Assembly: GCA_963669175.1 (NCBI GenBank)
Contig: OY769902.1
Span: forward strand, 1,696,001 to 1,760,000
Origin: a bacterium
GTDB lineage: Bacteria > Electryoneota > Electryoneia > Electryoneales > Electryoneaceae
Length of the DNA stretch: 64,000 nt
Reading direction: 5' to 3'
The translations under genes and the position numbers were made by a program. This document shows, one piece after another, positions 48,331-57,406 of the stretch. Numbering within the stretch: the stretch's first letter is position 1; every line of letters starts with the position of its first letter. The notes below the pieces were generated by a model, which worked only from the letters and a program-made list of their open reading frames with translations, searched no databases and was not told the DNA's origin.

Positions 48331-51027
48331 CTAGAACTTGTACGTATACATCACCGAGAAGATGTAGTCATTGCGCTTATAATACGTGGGCTGAGGGATG
48401 GAATAACCACCATTGATAACGGTTTCTTCCGTCATGTCAAACTTCTGACCGTTCCAGTATTCCCACTGACCATTTTCGGAGATGCTGGTAACACTCAAGT
48501 AGCCGGTAATAATATGGTTGGGATAAAATTCATAGTCGACACCGGCTGCAAAATCAATCTGCATCATATCCACAATCTGGTATTTGATCGTGCCAGCCCT
48601 CAGCGCGGCAGCTTCCAGTGGATCCGTCGTTGTAAGGCCTGGATCTGTTTGGTTGATCAGGCTTTCACCACTGCCAATCAGTAAACGCGGACTGAAATAT
48701 GGGACCAGTTTGCGGTTCAAGAACAAGAACTCAATCCTCGGCGAGAAAGTGAAGTAGTTGATGTCAGTCTCGCCGTTGCTTGCGGTCTGTTTGGCATTGG
48801 AAATCGCCAGTATAGTACGATATGGTCCGGGATACTCTGTTCCAACCTGGAATGCAAGAACAAACTGGTCGGCATCACTATCCGCCTGGTACTCATTGCT
48901 GCGATTGGACGTTATCACGTTCAGTGAAAGCTGATGGTCAAGGTTACCGGTCTGGAGCCTGTAGGCGGCGCCAACATTGATCAGATTGTTGGTCAACGAT
49001 TGACGTGTGTCAATAATCGTCGCGGAATCAATCGGCGCATTATCGTAGGGGAAAATGGCCGTTGAATCACCATCATTTTCAAAAAGCTGGTGCCGGTAGG
49101 TCACGTTGAAATCGGGATACCGTGGATCGGTGTACAAATTCACCCCTACCATGATCTCGTTGCGATCAAGCGTCAAATCACTCTTGTCGTTCACATTGTT
49201 CTGGTAGTGAGAATACCCAAGGTTCAGGTACAACTTGCTGTTGAGCATGCGAATCCGGTCACGGACGTAATATCCTGCTTCGTCGTTGTACATGGAAGGA
49301 TTACCCAGCGTAATGTAGCTGGTGTTAATCTTCCTGTAGCCGATGCGCAAGTCGTTGAACAGGTAGCGTAGTCTCAGCTTGGTGTCGTAGGAAAGAGAAT
49401 TGGCTATGATGGACTTGGCAACGTCTTCAGCCTTGATCGTCGAACCTGTGCTGTCCTCAGACAGCCCATCGTCCGGCAAAGGCTGGAAATACGAGTTGAT
49501 CCAGATGATGTTTTTGTAGTTTTTCAATTCACTGAAGGCTTCTTCATACGTATTGTCGTTGTAAAGCGACATCGCAACGCTGGTTGACCATACGATTCGG
49601 CGCCGGTCAAAATTCATATCCAGGTTCAAACCTGACACCACGTTGTCTTTTGGCGTTGCGCCCGTATAGGTCGTGCGGGCGTATAAACTATCAAGATTTG
49701 TTATATAGGCCAGATCACCAGCATCCGGAAGTCGATCCAGGTATACAGAGTTCCGAACGTCTACCACTTTCATTGCAGTATAGCCGAAATCGACACGGTC
49801 CTTGAATCCCAGGTTACTCGAGATTTTCACTGCGGACAGCATACGTCGGAATGTGCCGGTGTTATTAATGGTTCTTTGCACATTATAGGACGTGTCCGGG
49901 ACCACATTGGAGCTGTCAATACTCATGGTCACCGTGCGCTGCTGATAACTGAGGCCGCTAACGTGGCGGTACATCTCGCCATAAACAGCATATACATTTA
50001 TCGGGCCTGGTTTAATGGCCAGCTCGATACCGCGCACCCGGCTGCCATAAAGAACCAGTTCATTGTACTTGGGGTTCACATCACCGACACGCAGCCGCCA
50101 CCATGGCATACCCATGGAGAACAGGAAACGATGTTGCGGCTGGAGGGAAGAATGTTCCTTGCTGGTAAAACGACCCCGCGCAACAGCGTTGAATTTTCCG
50201 GCTTTGAAGGTGATGGAGAAGGCTTCATTGCCGTAACTTAATCCTTGTTCCGAATATTGGCTTGCCACACCTTCACCGCTGACAAAACCGGTGACATATT
50301 TTCTGTACCCGGCCCGGCTTTCACGTTCCGCTGGCGATACCATGTTAAAGAACCAGGTGCTTAACACCTCCCGACCAGAATCTGTCTGGTGGAACAGGTC
50401 AATCCTGTGTCTGCCGGGTGTCATATCACTAATGACAGCAGTAAGCACTTCAGCGCTGATCATGGCTTCACCGGTTCTATCCTTACCGTCTACGTGAAGA
50501 ACGATCCGCTGCGGGTCGATTTGTCCGAGAGCGTTGTTAAAAGCCAGGGCGACCAGGACTTCACTTCCCATGATGGACTTGCCCTGTTCCGGACTGATGA
50601 TCAGGATCTGGGTGTTGGTGACTTCGTCGCCGGTTCCCTGGATGGATACCAGAACCGGGTTTACATCACCATTGTCCGGGTACGTAATCGTTGTCCCGTC
50701 ATTGAATTCCATGGCGATGTAGTATTCCATCCCCACAGAAACAACTTCTCTACCGGGAATTGCCGCGGAGTAGGTATTCCCCGCAAGGTCCATCTCCACG
50801 TAATCGTACGATTCTTGGTCAACATTTCGGTACCACAGGTAGGCTAGCGATACCTGGTTGACATCGTAATCACCGGCCACACGGGCTTCGACATTAATGG
50901 GACGTCCCATTTCGCCGAATGTAACGGGTGAATGTTCAATGTAAACAACAGCGTTTGTGCCGGCTAATGCCATAAATGGCAGACCAATCACGCAGGCAAC
51001 AAGAAAAACACGGAGAGCATACTTCAT
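48331..51027 (-). CDS. Large hypothetical outer-membrane protein (N-terminal Ig-like domains + beta-barrel)
   Basis: Signal peptide from 51027; 'IEHSP...YSAAIP...EYYI' Ig-like domain; amphipathic strands; C-terminal beta-signal 'YIFSVMYTYKF'. Confidence 0.75.
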   Translation of the reverse strand: MKYALRVFLVACVIGLPFMALAGTNAVVYIEHSPVTFGEMGRPINVEARVAGDYDVNQVSLAYLWYRNVDQESYDYVEMDLAGNTYSAAIPGREVVSVGMEYYIAMEFNDGTTITYPDNGDVNPVLVSIQGTGDEVTNTQILIISPEQGKSIMGSEVLVALAFNNALGQIDPQRIVLHVDGKDRTGEAMISAEVLTAVISDMTPGRHRIDLFHQTDSGREVLSTWFFNMVSPAERESRAGYRKYVTGFVSGEGVASQYSEQGLSYGNEAFSITFKAGKFNAVARGRFTSKEHSSLQPQHRFLFSMGMPWWRLRVGDVNPKYNELVLYGSRVRGIELAIKPGPINVYAVYGEMYRHVSGLSYQQRTVTMSIDSSNVVPDTSYNVQRTINNTGTFRRMLSAVKISSNLGFKDRVDFGYTAMKVVDVRNSVYLDRLPDAGDLAYITNLDSLYARTTYTGATPKDNVVSGLNLDMNFDRRRIVWSTSVAMSLYNDNTYEEAFSELKNYKNIIWINSYFQPLPDDGLSEDSTGSTIKAEDVAKSIIANSLSYDTKLRLRYLFNDLRIGYRKINTSYITLGNPSMYNDEAGYYVRDRIRMLNSKLYLNLGYSHYQNNVNDKSDLTLDRNEIMVGVNLYTDPRYPDFNVTYRHQLFENDGDSTAIFPYDNAPIDSATIIDTRQSLTNNLINVGAAYRLQTGNLDHQLSLNVITSNRSNEYQADSDADQFVLAFQVGTEYPGPYRTILAISNAKQTASNGETDINYFTFSPRIEFLFLNRKLVPYFSPRLLIGSGESLINQTDPGLTTTDPLEAAALRAGTIKYQIVDMMQIDFAAGVDYEFYPNHIITGYLSVTSISENGQWEYWNGQKFDMTEETVINGGYSIPQPTYYKRNDYIFSVMYTYKF

Positions 51028-51136
51028 GCGGCGCCCCTGGTATAGTTCGTGGTTCCTTCCGGTCCCTCCCTCAGAATTCAAATGTAGAGTGTTGGCAGAA
51101 GCAACCTCAACATTATCAGGAGACCCCGAACAGAAA

Positions 51137-51168
51137 ATACAGCCCGCCGGCCTTGCCGGCGGGCTACA
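51137..51168 (-). other. GC-rich hairpin between the FecR-domain gene and the barrel gene (terminator or GTAG-type REP)
   Basis: Minus strand GTAGCCCGCCGGC-AAG-GCCGGCGGGCT followed by GTATTTTC. Confidence 0.5.
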
Positions 51169-51203
51169 GGAAGTCCGTAAAACTCAACTTGGTTTACAAC
51201 TGA

Positions 51204-51899
51204 TCAATCGGTCTGTTGGTATTGAATGATCAACGTCTTACGTTGCCCATTCTCGTCCTGAAGTTCGATTTCAATGTAGTCCGTCGAACCCTCATCGTTT
51301 ACCTCGGGCACGGAGCCCTGATCGGCGCCTCCGGTTTCCATGTTGCCGTCCGGATCGACGGTTCCCATGAAACCAGGTCCGATTTCCGACTCCTGACCTG
51401 TCTGAATATTCAGCAGGCTTACGAGACCTTCCAGGGTGATCTGGAGAGTGGTGCCATCCGGTTCAACGATGACCCAGAACTGGGTGCCTTTGACCGACGC
51501 GACTGCGGTCGGGGTAGCCACTTCCATGGCGCCCTTCTGCTGGGCCACGTTTGCAAACAACTCACCCACTTCCATGTTGACACGTTTCGAAAGCGAATAG
51601 TCATCGTTACGTGTCGCAGTTACTGTAATTTCAGTATTGGGTCGAATTTTTATCTGGGTTTTGTCATCAGTAAATACCATGGATACGAAGCCGTCCGCAC
51701 CGGTCCGCACCATGTGACCGTCGTCAAGGACTTCGCCGAAATTCAGCTTGGTCCAACCCTGACCACGGTTTACTTCAGTTTTGCCTTGAACGACGGTAAC
51801 TACTGCAATCGCCTTGGCGCCATCCGCCATCGCACATACCGCAAGCAGGAATACCAGCAGAATGGCGAACGCTGCGGTTCCGAATCTATGCGTTCTCAT
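51204..51899 (-). CDS. Exported FecR-domain protein
   Basis: Signal peptide; 'VRTGADG...FTDDKTQIKIRPNT', 'VATPTAVASVKGTQF', 'LEGLVSL'. Confidence 0.85.
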   Translation of the reverse strand: MRTHRFGTAAFAILLVFLLAVCAMADGAKAIAVVTVVQGKTEVNRGQGWTKLNFGEVLDDGHMVRTGADGFVSMVFTDDKTQIKIRPNTEITVTATRNDDYSLSKRVNMEVGELFANVAQQKGAMEVATPTAVASVKGTQFWVIVEPDGTTLQITLEGLVSLLNIQTGQESEIGPGFMGTVDPDGNMETGGADQGSVPEVNDEGSTDYIEIELQDENGQRKTLIIQYQQTD

Positions 51900-51920
51900 G
51901 GTTCTTTCTCCTGTTTGCGC

Positions 51921-53120
51921 CTATTCCGCAATGATTACGTTTTCAACATCAAAACCTGCGCCGAGCATCAGGTTTGTCAGTTCTGAGATTGAACGTCCGC
52001 TGACCCCGCCGAAAGAGATGGTGGAAGGGGAATAGCCGGACAATTGGTTTACGATATACGCGTACTGTTCCGGTGAAAGTTTGTTGCTCAGAATATCCAG
52101 CAACTGATTCATCATCGGATCCATGCCAGGCTCATTGCCTGCTGCACGATGACCACTACCACCCATACCAACAAAGGTAAACTCGCCTGGAGCGCTTCGG
52201 AACGTACGGAAGCCGCCGGGGATAACAGTCGGCGCCTGCATTTCAACCATCCAGGCATACCGTCTTCCCCTGATCAGCGGACTTTCACCCATTCCCGTAC
52301 CGAGGAAGAAATGGTGATCGTACGTTTGAGGATGACCGGCAAACTTGGTCTGGCTGGCATCCTGTGAACGCTGCAAAATGACATCCATCGGGTCCATATT
52401 TTCCTGGCCGGGCTGGAACTCGACGATGTACAGCATAACCTGGTCCGGGGATACCGGTGCGCCGGTCCAGGTCCAGTTGAACTCCACAGTCGGTGATGTG
52501 ATATCATCGTACGGCACGGGGTTCATGGGGATGGGGCGCGAAGGATTGTATACCTGGATCGTTGCCAGGTAATGACCATCCGGCGAGACCATGCCATTGA
52601 AATCACCAGGACGAAGTTCCACACCCAGCATATACACCGATGCCGCCAGGTTCAGACCATCAATAAGGTCTGCAAACTCAGCCGGGGATGCGGTCTGGCT
52701 GTGATCACCGTCCCTGCGCATAAAGGCAAGGTCGTTGCTCCACTGGTTGTTGTACAACCTGCCACCGGGTACGTTATCTGCCCACTGGCCAAGTGCAAAC
52801 GGACGGCTGGCATACTCAATGATTCTTCCGTGTCCGGCTACTTCAAGGTATACGTAGAGCACATAATCGTCATCGCGTTCTGCATCAGTGATTCCTGAGA
52901 TCTGGATATACATGATCGGTGGAATATCACCGAAATCCCAGTCTTCACCCTGCTCCAAAGCGTTCACATCAACAACGTCCCCAATCGGAAATATCTGGGG
53001 CGTTATGCCGTATTGAGCCTGCTGTGTGAAGCCGCTGGAGACGTAGAAGGCGTTTGCCTGTAACGGCAGGATCAACAAACCCGCCAGCACAAACAACCCA
53101 CACAACTCTCTCCACTTCAT
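51921..53120 (-). CDS. Exported hypothetical protein with Ig/Fn3-like modules
   Basis: RBS AGGAGGT, signal peptide; 'PIPMNP...EFNWTW...LYIVEFQPGQ...LIRGRRYAWMV' Fn3-like pattern. Confidence 0.65.
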   Translation of the reverse strand: MKWRELCGLFVLAGLLILPLQANAFYVSSGFTQQAQYGITPQIFPIGDVVDVNALEQGEDWDFGDIPPIMYIQISGITDAERDDDYVLYVYLEVAGHGRIIEYASRPFALGQWADNVPGGRLYNNQWSNDLAFMRRDGDHSQTASPAEFADLIDGLNLAASVYMLGVELRPGDFNGMVSPDGHYLATIQVYNPSRPIPMNPVPYDDITSPTVEFNWTWTGAPVSPDQVMLYIVEFQPGQENMDPMDVILQRSQDASQTKFAGHPQTYDHHFFLGTGMGESPLIRGRRYAWMVEMQAPTVIPGGFRTFRSAPGEFTFVGMGGSGHRAAGNEPGMDPMMNQLLDILSNKLSPEQYAYIVNQLSGYSPSTISFGGVSGRSISELTNLMLGAGFDVENVIIAE

Positions 53121-53285
53121 GGTGGACCTCCTGTAAACTGTTTCAAGCCAATGGTTCGCACCACGGGCAGAGCTTTTCGATGACACTATCCCTCATCTAA
53201 TAAACTACGAACGAACCATGTGGGAATTGTGCCCAGTATCACTCTTTTTTTAAAAAGAGAAACCTGAATGGAGTCTCAAAGAGTA

Positions 53286-54422
53286 TCAATTTTTTCTACG
53301 ACCTGATCCTTTCTTTTTAACTCTATTTAAAAACTCTGATATGCCATGATCTTGATAATATTTCCATGCTTTTCGATATCCTTTGCCATAAGCCGGATCA
53401 TCATTTTCTTCAAGCTGATCCAAATGATAGTCTGCGAGTTTACTGTGAATGGATTCCAGCATAATTCGCATGGCTACATTTGCCGAGCCTTCCCGCCAGT
53501 CGGCATGGCCGCCGTCCGCATCATTCTCGTGTTGCCAGACATGAAAAAGCTCATGTGCGGCAACACCGGATAACATATCACGCGGGAGACCATAAAGAAA
53601 ATAGATTGTTGTATCTTCACGAATAACTCTTCCATTCATTGTCTCCGAGTGAACCGAGTGCAGCCCATTGGCATCACCTTCGCCGCCATGCAATTCATGT
53701 AATTGATTTTTATCAACAAGGACGATGCTGATGTCATCCAGGCTGGTGTTGAATCGGATACCGTTGGCTTCCAGCACCGCAGCGGCTTCACGGACAATCT
53801 GAGCAGCCTTCCCGGCGTCGGTGACTTCCGTTTCACGGCAGACTTCACACTGAATACGTCCATCCGCCAATTTCCAGGCGTGTCCCGGCAGAGCAAAACG
53901 TCCGCAAGAATCACATAATTCAACCTGGTCCTTATACTCGGCGCTGATCGTGGTTCCCCACCAGTCCGTTACATAGGGACCGAGAATAGGCTGGCCGGTG
54001 ATAGCGCAAATCGGGGCAAGGTTCTCTACATAACACGATTCATGATACACCTTGCCATCAATGGTGAAGTATTTGTCCGATACAGGTGCGCCACACCATT
54101 CACAACGCGGCGAGAACTCATGGTGATAACAATCGGGGTGATAAAATTTGCCCTTGTGTTCGATATAGCTGCCATCGATACGAAACCCGCAGGCGGCGCA
54201 TTTGAAGCATTCCGGATGAAAGTATTTGCCATTGGCTTCGATGTACTGGCTGGTGATTACTTTACCGCATCCGGCACAGCGTACCCTCTGTGCCAGGGCA
54301 TGGGTCGGTAATACAATCAAGCCAACTGCAGCCGGTGTCACCACACGAACAAATCGCCTGCGATCCCACTTTTCGGCATCGGCTCGACATGTTCTCTCTG
54401 TGCTGTTCTTTTTGCAAGCCAT
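53286..54422 (-). CDS. LIM-domain / DA1-like zinc metallopeptidase with twin-arginine signal
   Basis: 'DRRRFV...ALA|Q'; repeats CxxC-x16-HxxC ('CAGC..FHPECFKCAAC..YHPDC', 'CEWC..YHESC'); 'LYGLPR...AHELFHVW', 'EGSAN', 'DPAYGKGYR'. Confidence 0.85.
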   Translation of the reverse strand: MACKKNSTERTCRADAEKWDRRRFVRVVTPAAVGLIVLPTHALAQRVRCAGCGKVITSQYIEANGKYFHPECFKCAACGFRIDGSYIEHKGKFYHPDCYHHEFSPRCEWCGAPVSDKYFTIDGKVYHESCYVENLAPICAITGQPILGPYVTDWWGTTISAEYKDQVELCDSCGRFALPGHAWKLADGRIQCEVCRETEVTDAGKAAQIVREAAAVLEANGIRFNTSLDDISIVLVDKNQLHELHGGEGDANGLHSVHSETMNGRVIREDTTIYFLYGLPRDMLSGVAAHELFHVWQHENDADGGHADWREGSANVAMRIMLESIHSKLADYHLDQLEENDDPAYGKGYRKAWKYYQDHGISEFLNRVKKKGSGRRKN

Positions 54423-54530
54423 AATCTATTAATATACTCTAACCTGACTTCAGAAGAAAAGCGAGGTGATTTTCTCTCGACGAAGCTGTTGTAAAGGGAA
54501 TAAGCAGTTCGCGAAAGTTCTTGTTGAGTG

Positions 54531-55148
54531 GAAAGCAATCAGCCTGCTTCAGCAGGCTCTTTTTAGCACCCGGCTGAAGCCCTGTCTCTTGCTCACATCT
54601 TCGTGTTTCTGCCACCCCAGAGGGGGTGGTATATTTTAGTGTAGGGTTGACGCTGTCTGTTTAGCGTCTACCCTACGAAAAAGATCAAACCTTATCTCAA
54701 CCCTGGAAGGGTTGCATAACGTATAATTTACACCCAATTGGTTTGTATAGAATATAAAATGCGTTATTTCCTGTATTTATTGAACGTACTAATATGAATC
54801 GCGTATTATGCAACCCTTCCAGGGTTGATTATTCGTTAGAATACCTGACATAGTGTACAGGCCAAACAGACGGCCTGTACACTATGCTAAAATAGGGAAT
54901 CCCGCCGGGATTCTAAAAATGCTATGTCCACAACTCTTTTACTGATACAGCTTTCAGAAGATGTGAGTAAGAGACAGGGCTTTAGCCGGGTGGATTAGTG
55001 TAACTAAATAAAAGAGCGCGCTTTAGCGTGCTTGCTTGAACAACAGATTGCTGTTTTGGAAAGCACCCTGAAGGGCGCTCGATATAGTTGTTATCTTTGT
55101 CCCCCGGCTAAAGCCGGGGGCTAAGGGGAGCAGGCTAAAGCCTGCTAA
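54531..55148. repeat. Inverted copy of the 31198-31411 REPIN-like element, interrupted by an insertion
   Basis: 54531-54581 joined to 54978-55148 reconstitutes the reverse complement of 31198-31411 with the same hairpin order. Confidence 0.82.
54582..54977. mobile_element. 396-bp non-autonomous element with IS50/Tn5-like 19-bp terminal inverted repeats
   Basis: Left end CTGTCTCTTGCTCACATCT; right end (reverse complement) CTGTCTCTTACTCACATCT. Flanks GGCTGAAGCC and GGCTTTAGCC. No transposase inside. Confidence 0.8.
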
Positions 55149-55369
55149 TACTAATGGATAGAACCCCCTTGAGGCGAATACTTATGGATAGAATTCCCTT
55201 GAGATAGTAAACGGAAAGAAGCGCTTTTCAGAAACTGTGATAGAAGACAGATGTTTCGGCGAGAATAACTTTCGCTAATCTGAAGCCGCAAGAACTTCCG
55301 AGAATACCATACGTGGAACATATCCATTGTGACACGGTACAAGTTTCAGGACGAAAACAGGCTGGATTC

Positions 55370-57322
55370 ATGCGTAACGATAGATATACATATTTGTTGA
55401 TTATTTCCCTGCTGGCTTTCTCCTTTTTCCCACTGGAGAAATCAATAGCACAATCCCGCAATGTTGTGGTTCCTCGATCCCAGCAGACAGAAGAAATCCG
55501 TCAGGAAGCGACCAGGAAAAGCCGTACCGCTACCAGGCTTGAGCAAAGAGGGCAAATCGACGAGGCGTTGGCAATCTGGGATTTACTGGCGGACCAATTT
55601 CCCGACAACAGCTCCTATTTTGAAGGGCAGGTGCGTTGCCTGACCACGTTGGCCAGGTATAATGAAGCTGCAAGGTTACTGGAAGAGCGGATACCGCTGG
55701 AGATAGACCAGCGCCAGAAAGCGGAATACCTGGTGCGGCTTGGCGGGGTGTACCAGAAACTGAACAAACCGACCCAGGCCGAGGTCAATTACCGTCAGGC
55801 CGAGGAGACCGCTCGAGGGGTGGAAGGCGCTTATCATGCGGTGGCCATGGAGTTTCTGCGTCAACGTCAAACAGAGCGGGCGATTAGCATTTTAAAGTCT
55901 TCGCGAGTTGATCTCGAGAACCCCTATTTGCACGCGTTTACCATCGCATCCCTGAAACAGAATACCATGGACTGGGCCGGAGCGACCGAAGAATACCTGT
56001 TGGCGCTCCAGGAAAGCGGCACACGCAGGCAATCCGTCCTGCGGTCTTTTGCCACTTTCCCCAACGATCCGAATACGGATAAAGCTGTTGAGGCCAGCAT
56101 TCGTGCGGAGCTGGACCGTACCGAGAAGGAGCAGCCCTGGCCCGGGTATCGAGACGCTCTGTGGCAAATCCTGATCGATCAACGGATCAAGAGCGGCAAT
56201 TTTGAAGGCGCTGTGGATCTGCTGGAAACAATCCAGGAGGAAGAGGGCGAAGAGGGCTGGCTGCTTCAGTTCGCCCAGACAGCCGTAGACGAAGGCGCGC
56301 ACGATGCTGCCAGACGTGCGCTGGAGATAGCAGCGCAACGCACGCAAAGTGAAAATCGACGCGCTGAAGTTGATCTTGCCCTGGCGACCCTGGTGCAAGC
56401 AGAAGGCGATTTCTCGCAGGCGGACAGTTTGTATGGCACTGTTATCGGAAGGCTGGAGAAGAATCCTACCCTGGCTTATTCAGCCCTGATCCGGCGTGGA
56501 CAGATGCGATTGACGTATGTCGATAATCCATTGGGGGCGTTGGAAGATTTCGAACACCTTGCCGAATTGCAGGGTAAGCAGGTGGAGCAACAGGTTGAGT
56601 ACCTGCTGGCTGCCACACTGCTTCGTCTGCACCGGTATGATGAAGCGCGTCCACATCTGCAACAGACGATTTCGCCCCAACTTCCTGACGAGCCTCAGCG
56701 CGGAAGAAGACGTCCAAGGCAACCGGTTGCCTACGATGCCGGACTGGGCGCTCATGCCGCGTATCTGAATGCACGGTTATCATGGTGGGAGAACAACCCG
56801 GAACGAACAACCGCTATCCTCGATAGCATGCTGAAGCATCCCACCGGCGCAGAAGTGGAAAACGAAGCGTTTGACCTGCTTTTCCTGCTGAGCAGTAAAG
56901 CGGATTCAAGTATTCTCCGTCGATTTGCACAAACAGACCAGGCATTGTTTGAACAACGAGTAGAAGATGCGGAGAACATGCTCGCGTCCATTGCTACGGA
57001 CACCGCATCATCCTTGTCCGCAAACGCTTCCTGGTGGCTGGTGGAAATCGCTGTGCAGACCGGGGCGGAGGATGTCCCGGAAGTTGTTGACGCTTATGTC
57101 ACGCAGTATCCGGGCACCCCGCGTGCAGAAGAGGCATGGCTGAACCTGGGAATCTGGTATGAGGATCAGGGCTTGACTGATGAAGCGAAAACCTGCTATG
57201 AAACGATACTTATCGACTATTATGACGGCCTGCTGACCTCGGAGGCACGATTGCGCCTGGATCAACTGGCGGGAATGGAACTGCCGCCCCTGCAACCACC
57301 TTCGCCTTTTGAGACGCCGTAG
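55370..57322 (+). CDS. Exported tetratricopeptide-repeat protein
   Basis: Signal peptide and many TPR-like helix pairs; C-terminal 'YPGTPRAEEAWLNLG...YETILIDYYDGLLTSEARLRL'. Confidence 0.85.
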   Translation: MRNDRYTYLLIISLLAFSFFPLEKSIAQSRNVVVPRSQQTEEIRQEATRKSRTATRLEQRGQIDEALAIWDLLADQFPDNSSYFEGQVRCLTTLARYNEAARLLEERIPLEIDQRQKAEYLVRLGGVYQKLNKPTQAEVNYRQAEETARGVEGAYHAVAMEFLRQRQTERAISILKSSRVDLENPYLHAFTIASLKQNTMDWAGATEEYLLALQESGTRRQSVLRSFATFPNDPNTDKAVEASIRAELDRTEKEQPWPGYRDALWQILIDQRIKSGNFEGAVDLLETIQEEEGEEGWLLQFAQTAVDEGAHDAARRALEIAAQRTQSENRRAEVDLALATLVQAEGDFSQADSLYGTVIGRLEKNPTLAYSALIRRGQMRLTYVDNPLGALEDFEHLAELQGKQVEQQVEYLLAATLLRLHRYDEARPHLQQTISPQLPDEPQRGRRRPRQPVAYDAGLGAHAAYLNARLSWWENNPERTTAILDSMLKHPTGAEVENEAFDLLFLLSSKADSSILRRFAQTDQALFEQRVEDAENMLASIATDTASSLSANASWWLVEIAVQTGAEDVPEVVDAYVTQYPGTPRAEEAWLNLGIWYEDQGLTDEAKTCYETILIDYYDGLLTSEARLRLDQLAGMELPPLQPPSPFETP

Positions 57323-57406
57323 AGAAGTGAAAAACGTAAAGAAAGTGAAAAAGGTGAAAAAAGTGAGAAGCGTATCGATGCCTGTCCGGGGACAGTGATA
57401 ACAGCC

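Noticed and set aside
54582-54977. Nextera/Tn5 adapter contamination
   Set aside because: Both ends differ from the mosaic end by a shared CT change, are properly inverted and are flanked by a target-like duplication. Adapter sequence should be exact. A read-level check is still advisable.
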